Below are positions 55,875-63,314 of a stretch of DNA of 63,314 nucleotides, piece by piece. The stretch spans positions 1-63,314 of the forward strand of contig JAWOBN010000098.1 in the NCBI GenBank assembly GCA_046484245.1. Reading direction: 5' to 3'. The notes below the pieces were generated by a model, which was not told the DNA's origin, did no database searches, and saw only the letters and a list, made by a program, of their open reading frames with translations. Position numbers and translations under genes: made by a program. The stretch comes from a bacterium. Its GTDB lineage: Bacteria; Hydrothermota; 32-111. Each line of letters opens with the position of its first letter. Within the stretch, counting starts at the first letter, position 1.

Positions 55875-57296
55875 CTATAATATATCAGATTCAGTGAATT
55901 TTGTCAAGCGGTCACGAACTGTTTTACTGCCCAGTATCTCCATAAGTTCAAAGAGAGACGGTCCCACTGTCCTGCCTGTCAGGGCAAGGCGTGTGGGATG
56001 TATGACATCTGCTGCCTTGAGGTTCTGCTCTTCTGCATAAGCCCTGTAAATATTCTCAATTGACTCTTCCGTGTAATCCTCCATTGATTCCATTCTGCTC
56101 TTTAGAACCTTGAGGTGCTCAATCCTTTCAGGATTAATGTATTTCTTCACGCCCTTCTCTTCATACTTATCAATATCAGCAAAATAGAAATCAGTGAGTG
56201 ACGGAAATTCATTAACATATCTTGCCTTCTCTTTCACTGAGTCAAATATCTTGTATATATATTGCCTGTCATAATCATCCAGATTGATACTGTTTTCTGC
56301 ATATATAGGTTTGAGCAGTCCATACAATCTTTCATTACTGCACTGTGTAATGTATCTCGCATTCATCCATTCCAGTTTCTTTATGTCAAAAACACCGCCC
56401 TTGCCTGTTACCCTGTCAATGGAGAATTTCTCAACCAGCTCTTCCATTGTGAAATATTCCTCTTCTCCTCCGGGATTCCAGCCTATCAGTGCAATGAAAT
56501 TGACAAATGCCTCAGGCAGTATTCCCATGTCTCTGAAAGCCAGAACAGAAACAGTGCCGCTTCTCTTGGAGAGCTTGTGCTTCTGTTCATCAAGTATAAG
56601 CGGGAGATGTCCGAATTGGGGAATATCCTTGCCGATCAGCTTATAAATATGAATCTGCTTGAATGTATTGGAGATATGGTCATCACCGCGTATTACATGC
56701 GTGATATTCATCCTTGCATCATCAATCACAACCGCAAGATTATATACAGGTGAACCGTCGCTTCTGAAAAGAATGAAGTCATCAATTTCACTGTTATCCT
56801 TTTCTATTGTGCCGTGCACCATATCCTCAAAAGAGGTCTTCCCCTCAGGTATCCTTATTCTATAGACAAATTCATCACCGCGCTCTACTCTTTTCTTCAC
56901 CTCTTCATCAGAGAGTTCAAGGCATTTCCTGTCATAACGCCACGCCTTCTTATTATTCATTGCCTCCTGTCTTCTCTCATTGAGCTCTTCTTTTGAGCAG
57001 AAGCATTTATAGACCTGACCGGTTTTCTCCATTTGGGGTATAAATTCCCTGTAATGCTCAAAATACTCAGACTGGAAAAAAGGTCCCTCATCCCAGTCAA
57101 TCCCGAGCCATTTAAGGCCCTCTTTTATTATCTCTGTCATCTCATCACTGCTTCTCTCCCTGTCGGTATCCTCTATTCTCAGTATGAATTTCCCGCTGTG
57201 TTTTTTTGCAAAGAGATAATTATACAGTGCAGTCCTCGCTGTCCCTACATGCAGATAGCCTGTGGGACTAGGCGCTATTCTTACTCTTGTTTCCAT
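55875..57296 (-). CDS. gltX: glutamate--tRNA ligase
   Basis: 473 aa. N-terminus RVRIAPSPTGYLHVGTAR (HIGH-type) and KLSKR (KMSKS-type). Confidence 0.95.
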   Translation of the reverse strand: METRVRIAPSPTGYLHVGTARTALYNYLFAKKHSGKFILRIEDTDRERSSDEMTEIIKEGLKWLGIDWDEGPFFQSEYFEHYREFIPQMEKTGQVYKCFCSKEELNERRQEAMNNKKAWRYDRKCLELSDEEVKKRVERGDEFVYRIRIPEGKTSFEDMVHGTIEKDNSEIDDFILFRSDGSPVYNLAVVIDDARMNITHVIRGDDHISNTFKQIHIYKLIGKDIPQFGHLPLILDEQKHKLSKRSGTVSVLAFRDMGILPEAFVNFIALIGWNPGGEEEYFTMEELVEKFSIDRVTGKGGVFDIKKLEWMNARYITQCSNERLYGLLKPIYAENSINLDDYDRQYIYKIFDSVKEKARYVNEFPSLTDFYFADIDKYEEKGVKKYINPERIEHLKVLKSRMESMEDYTEESIENIYRAYAEEQNLKAADVIHPTRLALTGRTVGPSLFELMEILGSKTVRDRLTKFTESDIL

Positions 57297-58791
57297 ACTT
57301 TCTCCTGATTATTTTTATTAAATAAAAAACTATTAGCATTAAAATCAGTATCTTGGGGATTATATTATCAAATCTTGTAAAGAATGTCAAATTGTCATTG
57401 AGTCCGACTTCGGCATTGATTATTCCTGAGCTGTTCATATCCAGGCTTTCAACAATTCTCCCTGCAGGGTCAATTACAGCACTGATTCCCGGATTGGAAG
57501 CTCTGACAATATAACGCCTGTTCTCAATAGAACGCATAATGCCTGCAGAAAAATGCTGATATGGTCCGATTCCGCCCACAAACCATATATCCTCTGATAT
57601 ATTGACAAGGAGTACTGCTCCCTCGCCGGCAAATCTTGCAGGTATTGTGGCAAACATTGATTCAAAACATATATATGTTGCGAAACTGAACTGACCTGTA
57701 TCAAACTGGGTGTATCTGCTGCCGGGAGAAAAGTCGCTCTGTCCCAGAGGAATTTTCTTGAGAAAGAGAAACTTATCGTCAAATGGAAGGCGTTCAGCAA
57801 ATCCGAGAGGTCTTATCTTATCATAATACTGTTCCATCCCGCCATTGCTCTCAATGAGATAAGCTGAATTATAGTAATTGAAATGCTTCTTCTCCTTATT
57901 GTATTCAAGACGCAGTGAGCCCATCAGAATATTCTTATTATTGGAATCAGCAAATGATCTGATATATTTTTTGAATTGTGACTCCCTCTGGATATAGACA
58001 GGTGAAGCTGTTTCGGGGAATACAATAAGGTCCTGGTCAATATCCCTGAGTTTTTCCAGATAATCAATGATCATATTGGTGCGCATATCCGTAAATTCAT
58101 GGTAATGCTCCTTGGCAAAACCCGGTATATTGGGCTGTACAACAGACACATCAATAAACTCGTCACAGTACTGTTTGCTTAAGGCATTCAGTCCGTATGC
58201 CAGATTGCCCATTACAATGAATACTGTTAAAGTAATCAGAATCAATCGTTGTCTCTTCCCCCGTGATACAACTATCCTGAAGAGCAGGACGGATACCATC
58301 AGCACAAAAGCAGAGATGAGATACATGCCCCCTATATCTGCCGACTGTATCAATGCTTTATAATTTATCAGAGAGTATGAAGGGGATAGCCAGAGAAAGG
58401 CGGTATTATTCTCAATAGAGGATAAAAACTCAACTGATGCAAATATGAATGGAAGCAGATAAATGCTGCGTGATTTGGGGTCTGTGATAATGAAAGGCAA
58501 TGTCCATAAAAGCGACAAAGCGCCTGACAGGAGAATCAGTCCGAAGAAAATGAGAATCCTCTGCAGAAATGTGAATTGAACCTGTATTATGAGAAACCAA
58601 TGTAGTGTGATGAACCAGAATATCAGGAATACAATGAATACATGGAGAATTCTCCTTTTTCTTTTTAAATTGTATGTCAGTATCAGTATAAGAGAATATG
58701 CAAATATAAATAAAAAACCCAGATTAAAAGGGGCAAATGAGAAAAACATCATAAAGGGCACTGCAATAAACAGTAGGAATTTTCTAATCAT
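57268..58791 (-). CDS. lnt: apolipoprotein N-acyltransferase
   Basis: 507 aa. Polytopic N-terminal half, then a CN-hydrolase domain (VFPETA, YDKIRPLGFAERLP, catalytic Cys in TYICFES). Confidence 0.85.
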   Translation of the reverse strand: MIRKFLLFIAVPFMMFFSFAPFNLGFLFIFAYSLILILTYNLKRKRRILHVFIVFLIFWFITLHWFLIIQVQFTFLQRILIFFGLILLSGALSLLWTLPFIITDPKSRSIYLLPFIFASVEFLSSIENNTAFLWLSPSYSLINYKALIQSADIGGMYLISAFVLMVSVLLFRIVVSRGKRQRLILITLTVFIVMGNLAYGLNALSKQYCDEFIDVSVVQPNIPGFAKEHYHEFTDMRTNMIIDYLEKLRDIDQDLIVFPETASPVYIQRESQFKKYIRSFADSNNKNILMGSLRLEYNKEKKHFNYYNSAYLIESNGGMEQYYDKIRPLGFAERLPFDDKFLFLKKIPLGQSDFSPGSRYTQFDTGQFSFATYICFESMFATIPARFAGEGAVLLVNISEDIWFVGGIGPYQHFSAGIMRSIENRRYIVRASNPGISAVIDPAGRIVESLDMNSSGIINAEVGLNDNLTFFTRFDNIIPKILILMLIVFYLIKIIRRKYGNKSKNSA

Positions 58792-59398
58792 CTATTATCA
58801 CCCTTCTGCCCTCAATGGTGTAATTACCGCTTAAAAGCAGTCTGAGTGCTTTGAAATAGAGGGCATGTTCCCTCTCCAGTATTTTCTCCCTGACCTCTTC
58901 ATGAGACAAGATACCCGATATATCAACACACTCCTGCATTATGACAGGTCCTGTGTCCACACCACTGTCAATAAAATGAACAGTACATCCTGAAACCTTG
59001 ACACCATAATCAAATGCCTGTTTCTGGGCATCCCTGCCCTTGAATGAGGGGAGCAGTGAGGGGTGAATATTTACAATGCGGTGCTTATAATGTTCAATAA
59101 TACCTGTACTGACAATGCGCATGAATCCTGCAAGCAGGATAAAGTCCGGTTTGATGCGGGCGAGCAAATCCATAAGAATCCTCTCATCTTCACTGTTCAT
59201 ATAGGGGCTCTTGGAGAATCTGTCAGCTACAATTGTCTCTACACCGAGTTTTCTTGCCCTTGAAATACCTGAAGCAGCAGGATTATCACATATAACAGTG
59301 AACCGGACATCCAGATCATGAGCCCTGCTCTTTGTAATAAGTGACTCCATATTGGTGCCGCTGCCTGAAATCAGTATAACTATATTATTCATAGACAA
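58784..59398 (-). CDS. purN: phosphoribosylglycinamide formyltransferase
   Basis: 204 aa with ILISGSGTN, NIHPSLLPSFKG and GCTVHFIDSGVDTGPVI. Confidence 0.9.
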   Translation of the reverse strand: MSMNNIVILISGSGTNMESLITKSRAHDLDVRFTVICDNPAASGISRARKLGVETIVADRFSKSPYMNSEDERILMDLLARIKPDFILLAGFMRIVSTGIIEHYKHRIVNIHPSLLPSFKGRDAQKQAFDYGVKVSGCTVHFIDSGVDTGPVIMQECVDISGILSHEEVREKILEREHALYFKALRLLLSGNYTIEGRRVIIDD

Positions 59399-59453
59399 TT
59401 TCTATCATATACACTGCCTGCAGTCAATACAGTACTCTGCTTTTAATATGCCT

Positions 59454-59924
59454 TCAATCACTGTCAACATGTCTGCCGGCATTATATGCGAATATTGCAA
59501 ATGATGATGCTACATTGAGGGAGTGCTTTCTCCCTGTTGTCTCTATTTCAATTACTGAATCTGAGGCAGACAATGCATGCTCAGATACACCCAGAGCCTC
59601 ATTGCCTACTATTACTGCAAATGACCGGGGTATCTTCACTCTGCTGAGGGGAATGGATCTGCTGCATATCTCAAGAGCATAGAGATGTATGCTTTCAGGC
59701 AGTGACTTGAGAGCATCCCTCATACAGTCAAAACGCCCTGATGAGAGATAATCCTCACAACCCCGCGACGCTTTCTTGAATGAAGCATTCTCTGTATTAG
59801 GCGTTGTACCTACATGAAGTACATCAGTGAATGAGAATGAACAGGCAGTTCTGTAGATACTGCCTGTATTGTAACCGCTTCTCAGATTGTCCAGTATGAC
59901 AATTCGCCTGCTGCTTTCTTTCAA
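59454..59924 (-). CDS. SpoU/TrmH-family RNA 2'-O-methyltransferase
   Basis: 156 aa with SPOUT motifs (NTGSIYRTA, VIVGNEALGVS, SLNVASSFAIFAY). Confidence 0.75.
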   Translation of the reverse strand: MKESSRRIVILDNLRSGYNTGSIYRTACSFSFTDVLHVGTTPNTENASFKKASRGCEDYLSSGRFDCMRDALKSLPESIHLYALEICSRSIPLSRVKIPRSFAVIVGNEALGVSEHALSASDSVIEIETTGRKHSLNVASSFAIFAYNAGRHVDSD

Positions 59925-61015
59925 ATCCTGTATTCCTTCAGCAGCTTCACTGCTGCTTCCATGTCTTCTTTTGTATTGTAAATATGATTGGAAAATCTTA
60001 TTGAATCATTCCTGTATGAGACAATAATATCCCTGTCAGAGAGATAATGAAGCAGTTTCTTTGAATTCCTGCATTTGAGTGACAGTATAGGTGTCTCAAA
60101 ATCCCTAATGCTCTGTGATACTTCCCCCATCATTTCAAGTTGTGCCAGCAGAATTCCGGCATTGGCCATATTATATTCATAGACACTGTCAATGCCTATC
60201 TCCAGGAGGAGTTTGATATTCTCATTCATCATTGCAATACCCATAAGATTCCGTGTCCCGCTTTCAACAACGGATGCTTCATTGCGGGGGTCAGGCAGTT
60301 GCTTGAATGTCTCAAAATCACTGTAGTCCAGTGACAGCCATCCTGCGCATTTCTCCCCTGTCTTCCTCAAATGATCATCGGCAATATAGATAATCCCCGA
60401 ACCCTGAGGACCCATAAGCCATTTGCTTGAACCTGCAAAGAGAAAATCCACTTCACTTTTACTGATATCCACCGGGATTGACCCCATTGCCTGAATTGCA
60501 TCTACAGCCACAATACCGTCATATTTATGCACAAGCCTGCATATCTCGGGCAGTGATTGCTTCTCGCCTGTGAGAAAATGCACCAGGTCAATAAAGACAG
60601 TTGCCCTGTGAAAATCCTTCAGATTCTTTTTCAATACATCCATATCAGCTGACTGAATCTCCATCCTGTATTTCTTGTCAAAGAGAAACGGGACCTCTGT
60701 ACAGGGGAATCCGCTTCCGTAAATTATGACATGTCTGATATCGGGAAAAGTATGCTTGACAATATTCACACCGGCTGTTGTATTGGGAATAATGCCTATA
60801 TTATTCTCACCTGCATTGAGTAACTCGGCGGCATTGATACGGGTTTCTCTGAGAAGTGAATTGTACTCATCATAAATCAGATTGCCTCGCAGCATCATTA
60901 TCTCCAGTATGCTCTCTGCTGCCCTCGCTCCGTTTATTGATACAATACCGGTTGATGCAGTATCAAGATATATTATACTGTTGTCAATTCCGAAATAATC
61001 TCTGTACATAGACAC
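59921..61015 (-). CDS. class-V aminotransferase / cysteine desulfurase-like PLP enzyme
   Basis: 364 aa. YLDTASTG N-terminus, DAIQAMG, and a PLP-lysine region (AGSSKWLMGPQGSG). Confidence 0.7.
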   Translation of the reverse strand: MSMYRDYFGIDNSIIYLDTASTGIVSINGARAAESILEIMMLRGNLIYDEYNSLLRETRINAAELLNAGENNIGIIPNTTAGVNIVKHTFPDIRHVIIYGSGFPCTEVPFLFDKKYRMEIQSADMDVLKKNLKDFHRATVFIDLVHFLTGEKQSLPEICRLVHKYDGIVAVDAIQAMGSIPVDISKSEVDFLFAGSSKWLMGPQGSGIIYIADDHLRKTGEKCAGWLSLDYSDFETFKQLPDPRNEASVVESGTRNLMGIAMMNENIKLLLEIGIDSVYEYNMANAGILLAQLEMMGEVSQSIRDFETPILSLKCRNSKKLLHYLSDRDIIVSYRNDSIRFSNHIYNTKEDMEAAVKLLKEYRI

Positions 61016-61113
61016 TCCTTTTTATCAATTATAGTGTGTCTTAAGTGTATTTCAATAAGAAAAGGGTCTCTTTCAAGACCCTTTTCTTCAAACCTTGTAT
61101 TGAGTGATATAAA

Positions 61114-62331
61114 TCAGCTTAATGTCTCATTGACAACTTTCACCAGTCTGTCAACACCCTTTCCGATATCTTCCTTTGAGGGATATGAGAAATTGAGACG
61201 GAATGAGTTCTTCTTCTTTCCGCCTACATAGAATGCAGAGCCGACAACATATGCCACATTCTCCTCAATTGCCCTTTTGAACATCTCATCACAGTCAATA
61301 TCATCAGGCATTGTCACCCATAAGAAGAGACCTCCTTCGGGTTTTGTCCATTTGACACCCTTGTCCTTGGGCATTTTCTCCTCAAGCAGCTGCAGCATTA
61401 ATTCATTCTTCTCTCTGTATATCTCAATGGTATTCTTCACTGTTTCCTTGAGAAGTCCCCTCTTGAGGAATTCTGCTGTTATATACTGATTGAACGGGGG
61501 TGTGCAGAGGTCCTTTGCCTGCTTTGCAACAACAAACTTATCTATGATCTCTTCAGGTCCGATTGCCCATCCCAGACGGAATCCGGGCACCAGAATCTTG
61601 GAGAATGTAAACAGAGAAACAACCCTCTTGCCGCCGTCAAGTTTAAACAATGAAGGTATTGTCTCACCCCTGTATCTTATCATCCTGTACGGACTGTCTT
61701 CAATAATAACAATATTTTCTCTTTCAGCTATCTCCAGAAGTTTTTTCCTTCTCTCCAGAGGCATTGTCACACCTGCAGGATTATGAAAATCCGGAATAAC
61801 ATAGATGAATTTGGGTTTTATTGATTTCTTCTTGAGATCTTCAATGGTCTCTTCAAGCTTATCCATTCTCATGCCCTCAAAGTCCATCTCAACATCCACC
61901 ATATTTGCCTGATAACTGTTGAATGCTCCTATTGCTCCGACATAGGTCGGGCTCTCCACTATTACTGTGTCACCTTTGTCAATGAAGACCTTGCCTACAA
62001 TATCCAGTCCCTGCTGTGAAGCTGTCGTGGGAATGATATTCTCATTCTTCAATTCAATGCCGTCCGTCTCTTTCATCAATTCTTTCAGGGCATCCACCAT
62101 TTCCGGTATGCCTTCTGTTGAACCGTATTGAAGTGCCTTTGCACCCTTCTTGTCCAGGACTTCACAGGTTATCTCCTTTATCATATCAACAGGAAAGGAT
62201 TGCGGTGAGGGCAGGCCTCCTGCAAATGATATGATTTCTGGTTTCTGAGTTAATTTGAGTAATTCCCTGATAACTGAACGCTTCATGTTCAAGATATTTG
62301 AACTGAGCATATCATTTAAATTATCTATCAT
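61114..62331 (-). CDS. class-I/II PLP-dependent aminotransferase (AspC/LysN-like)
   Basis: 405 aa with FHNPAGVTM and a PLP-lysine motif (FTFSKILVPGFRLGW). Confidence 0.8.
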   Translation of the reverse strand: MIDNLNDMLSSNILNMKRSVIRELLKLTQKPEIISFAGGLPSPQSFPVDMIKEITCEVLDKKGAKALQYGSTEGIPEMVDALKELMKETDGIELKNENIIPTTASQQGLDIVGKVFIDKGDTVIVESPTYVGAIGAFNSYQANMVDVEMDFEGMRMDKLEETIEDLKKKSIKPKFIYVIPDFHNPAGVTMPLERRKKLLEIAERENIVIIEDSPYRMIRYRGETIPSLFKLDGGKRVVSLFTFSKILVPGFRLGWAIGPEEIIDKFVVAKQAKDLCTPPFNQYITAEFLKRGLLKETVKNTIEIYREKNELMLQLLEEKMPKDKGVKWTKPEGGLFLWVTMPDDIDCDEMFKRAIEENVAYVVGSAFYVGGKKKNSFRLNFSYPSKEDIGKGVDRLVKVVNETLS

Positions 62332-62540
62332 AATAACTCCTTTTTAATTTGTTCAATTATTTTAACATAATCATAAATCAGGTCAACCTCAATATGGTTT
62401 GCGTAATCCCTTTTCTCCTGCAGCAATCTTATCACATTCTCATTATTGCTGTCAATAACAGATACTTCAATCTTAATTTCAACACCTGCCCTTTCCCCCC
62501 ATTTTGTCAAAACCACCCTCCAAATCCCGGGGACAGTCAT
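62328..62540 (-). CDS. hypothetical 70-aa protein; 5' end built from a dispersed repeat
   Basis: ATGA overlap with the aminotransferase start suggests translational coupling. However, its first ~24 codons are encoded by the repeat shared with 32411-32476 and abut the IS end. It could be a truncated or chimeric gene. Confidence 0.35.
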   Translation of the reverse strand: MTVPGIWRVVLTKWGERAGVEIKIEVSVIDSNNENVIRLLQEKRDYANHIEVDLIYDYVKIIEQIKKELL

Positions 62541-62549
62541 TGAAATATT

Positions 62550-63314
62550 GGTTCTTCTCCAAAAGAGTTGGTAAAAAGAGAGAGTATTGCAAAAAAAAGA
62601 GGCATCTGATACCCTTTTAATAAATCAATAAAAAAAAGGAGGTAAAAGATGCCCCGTACGAACAGTCTTATTATAACACCATTTTTCAGGTTTTGTAAAG
62701 TAAAAATTACAGGGATGGAAGTTTTCGCTGATAAAGCGATAGTAAAAGTAGATCCAGATTTAAGGTATAATCCTGAATGCAGTCACTGTGGAAGCAAAAC
62801 AAAGGATGTACACTCAAACACGCACCGCAAGATAAGAGACCTGAGTATTACAGACAAAGAAGTGTGGTTAGATGCAAACTACAGAAAGATATATTGTCCT
62901 AACTGCGGTACAGTCAGGGTTGAGAAACAGGATTATACCGGTCTTTACATGAGAATGACGAAAAGATATGAGAGATATATATTTGATTTATGTAAGAAGT
63001 TAACAATAGCAGAAGTAGCGGAGGATAATGGTCTGGACTGGAAAACAGTAAAAGAGATAGACAAGAGATACCTTGAGAAAGAGTATCCTGAAACGGACTA
63101 TAGTGATCTGAGAGTGCTGGCTATAGATGAGATATGTTTAAGAAAGGGGCGGAGATATGTAACAGTAATAATCAATTTTGAAACAGGCAGAGTGATCTGG
63201 ATGGGGAAAGGCAGAAGTATAGCAAGTTTATATAAATTTTTCAGGAAGATGCCGGCCAAGATAAAGAACCGGATAGAAGCGGTGGCTACAGATATGTGGG
63301 CTCCATATATAAAG
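62550..63314 (+). mobile_element. ISL3-family insertion sequence, left part (runs off the right edge)
   Basis: The putative IRL is GGTTCTTCTCCAAAAGAGTTGG. ISL3 ends typically start GGCTCTT, from memory. The IRL starts 99 nt before the transposase start, and the sequence from 62531 (GGGGACAGTC...) may also belong to the end. Confidence 0.7.
62649..63314 (+). CDS. ISL3-family transposase, N-terminal 222 codons (partial)
   Basis: Not in the ORF track because it is open at the edge. AAGGAGG lies upstream. It has a zf-ISL3-like CSHCGS...CPNCG motif, an HTH region and the start of the DDE domain (LAIDEICLRKGRRYVTVIINFETGRVIWMGKGR...VATDMWAPY). Confidence 0.85.
   Translation, partial: MPRTNSLIITPFFRFCKVKITGMEVFADKAIVKVDPDLRYNPECSHCGSKTKDVHSNTHRKIRDLSITDKEVWLDANYRKIYCPNCGTVRVEKQDYTGLYMRMTKRYERYIFDLCKKLTIAEVAEDNGLDWKTVKEIDKRYLEKEYPETDYSDLRVLAIDEICLRKGRRYVTVIINFETGRVIWMGKGRSIASLYKFFRKMPAKIKNRIEAVATDMWAPYIK

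Overview
This is a 63.3-kb AT-rich bacterial chromosomal window with about 58 protein genes, 3 tRNAs, one partial IS and no rRNA or CRISPR. All calls come from reading motifs in the supplied translations and DNA; no database search was run. BamA/Skp, a SprA-like T9SS translocon and a DUF2723 protein suggest an FCB-superphylum-type diderm, but that is inference only.

Layout:
- 1-41274 is a single minus-strand block of tightly packed, often overlapping genes. It contains guaA-rpe-PASTA-PASTA-rsmB-cysS-fabZ-skp-bamA-clpC, then sprA, a DUF2723 protein, and cdaA-folP-folE-ftsH-hpt-tilS. It continues with a PAPS-synthesis plus sulfotransferase operon, a Na+-translocating biotin decarboxylase operon, a CheR-like/TPR protein and a ClpB-like chaperone.
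- 32.07-33.94 kb interrupts that block with a decayed accessory patch downstream of tRNA-Ser. It holds a StbD antitoxin with a truncated RelE-like toxin, nested palindromic MITE-like elements, an ISL3 end-like remnant and tRNA-end duplications.
- 41.4-47.0 kb on the plus strand is the most unusual locus. An orphan NtrC-type regulator and a degenerate receiver sit upstream of four signal-peptide proteins: two paralogous WxL/pilin-like subunits, an Ig-fold chaperone-like protein, and an outer-membrane barrel with two C-terminal Ig-like domains. I read this as a candidate undescribed chaperone-usher-like surface assembly system.
- 47-54 kb carries a ZraPSR-like module joined to an ECF sigma/anti-sigma pair.
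- 54.3-55.7 kb holds a perfect-TIR MITE and a second tRNA-linked mosaic repeat locus homologous to the tRNA-Ser one.
- 55.7-62.5 kb carries tRNA-Gln and tRNA-Glu immediately downstream of gltX, then lnt, purN, an RNA methyltransferase and two aminotransferases.
- The window ends inside an ISL3-family transposase.
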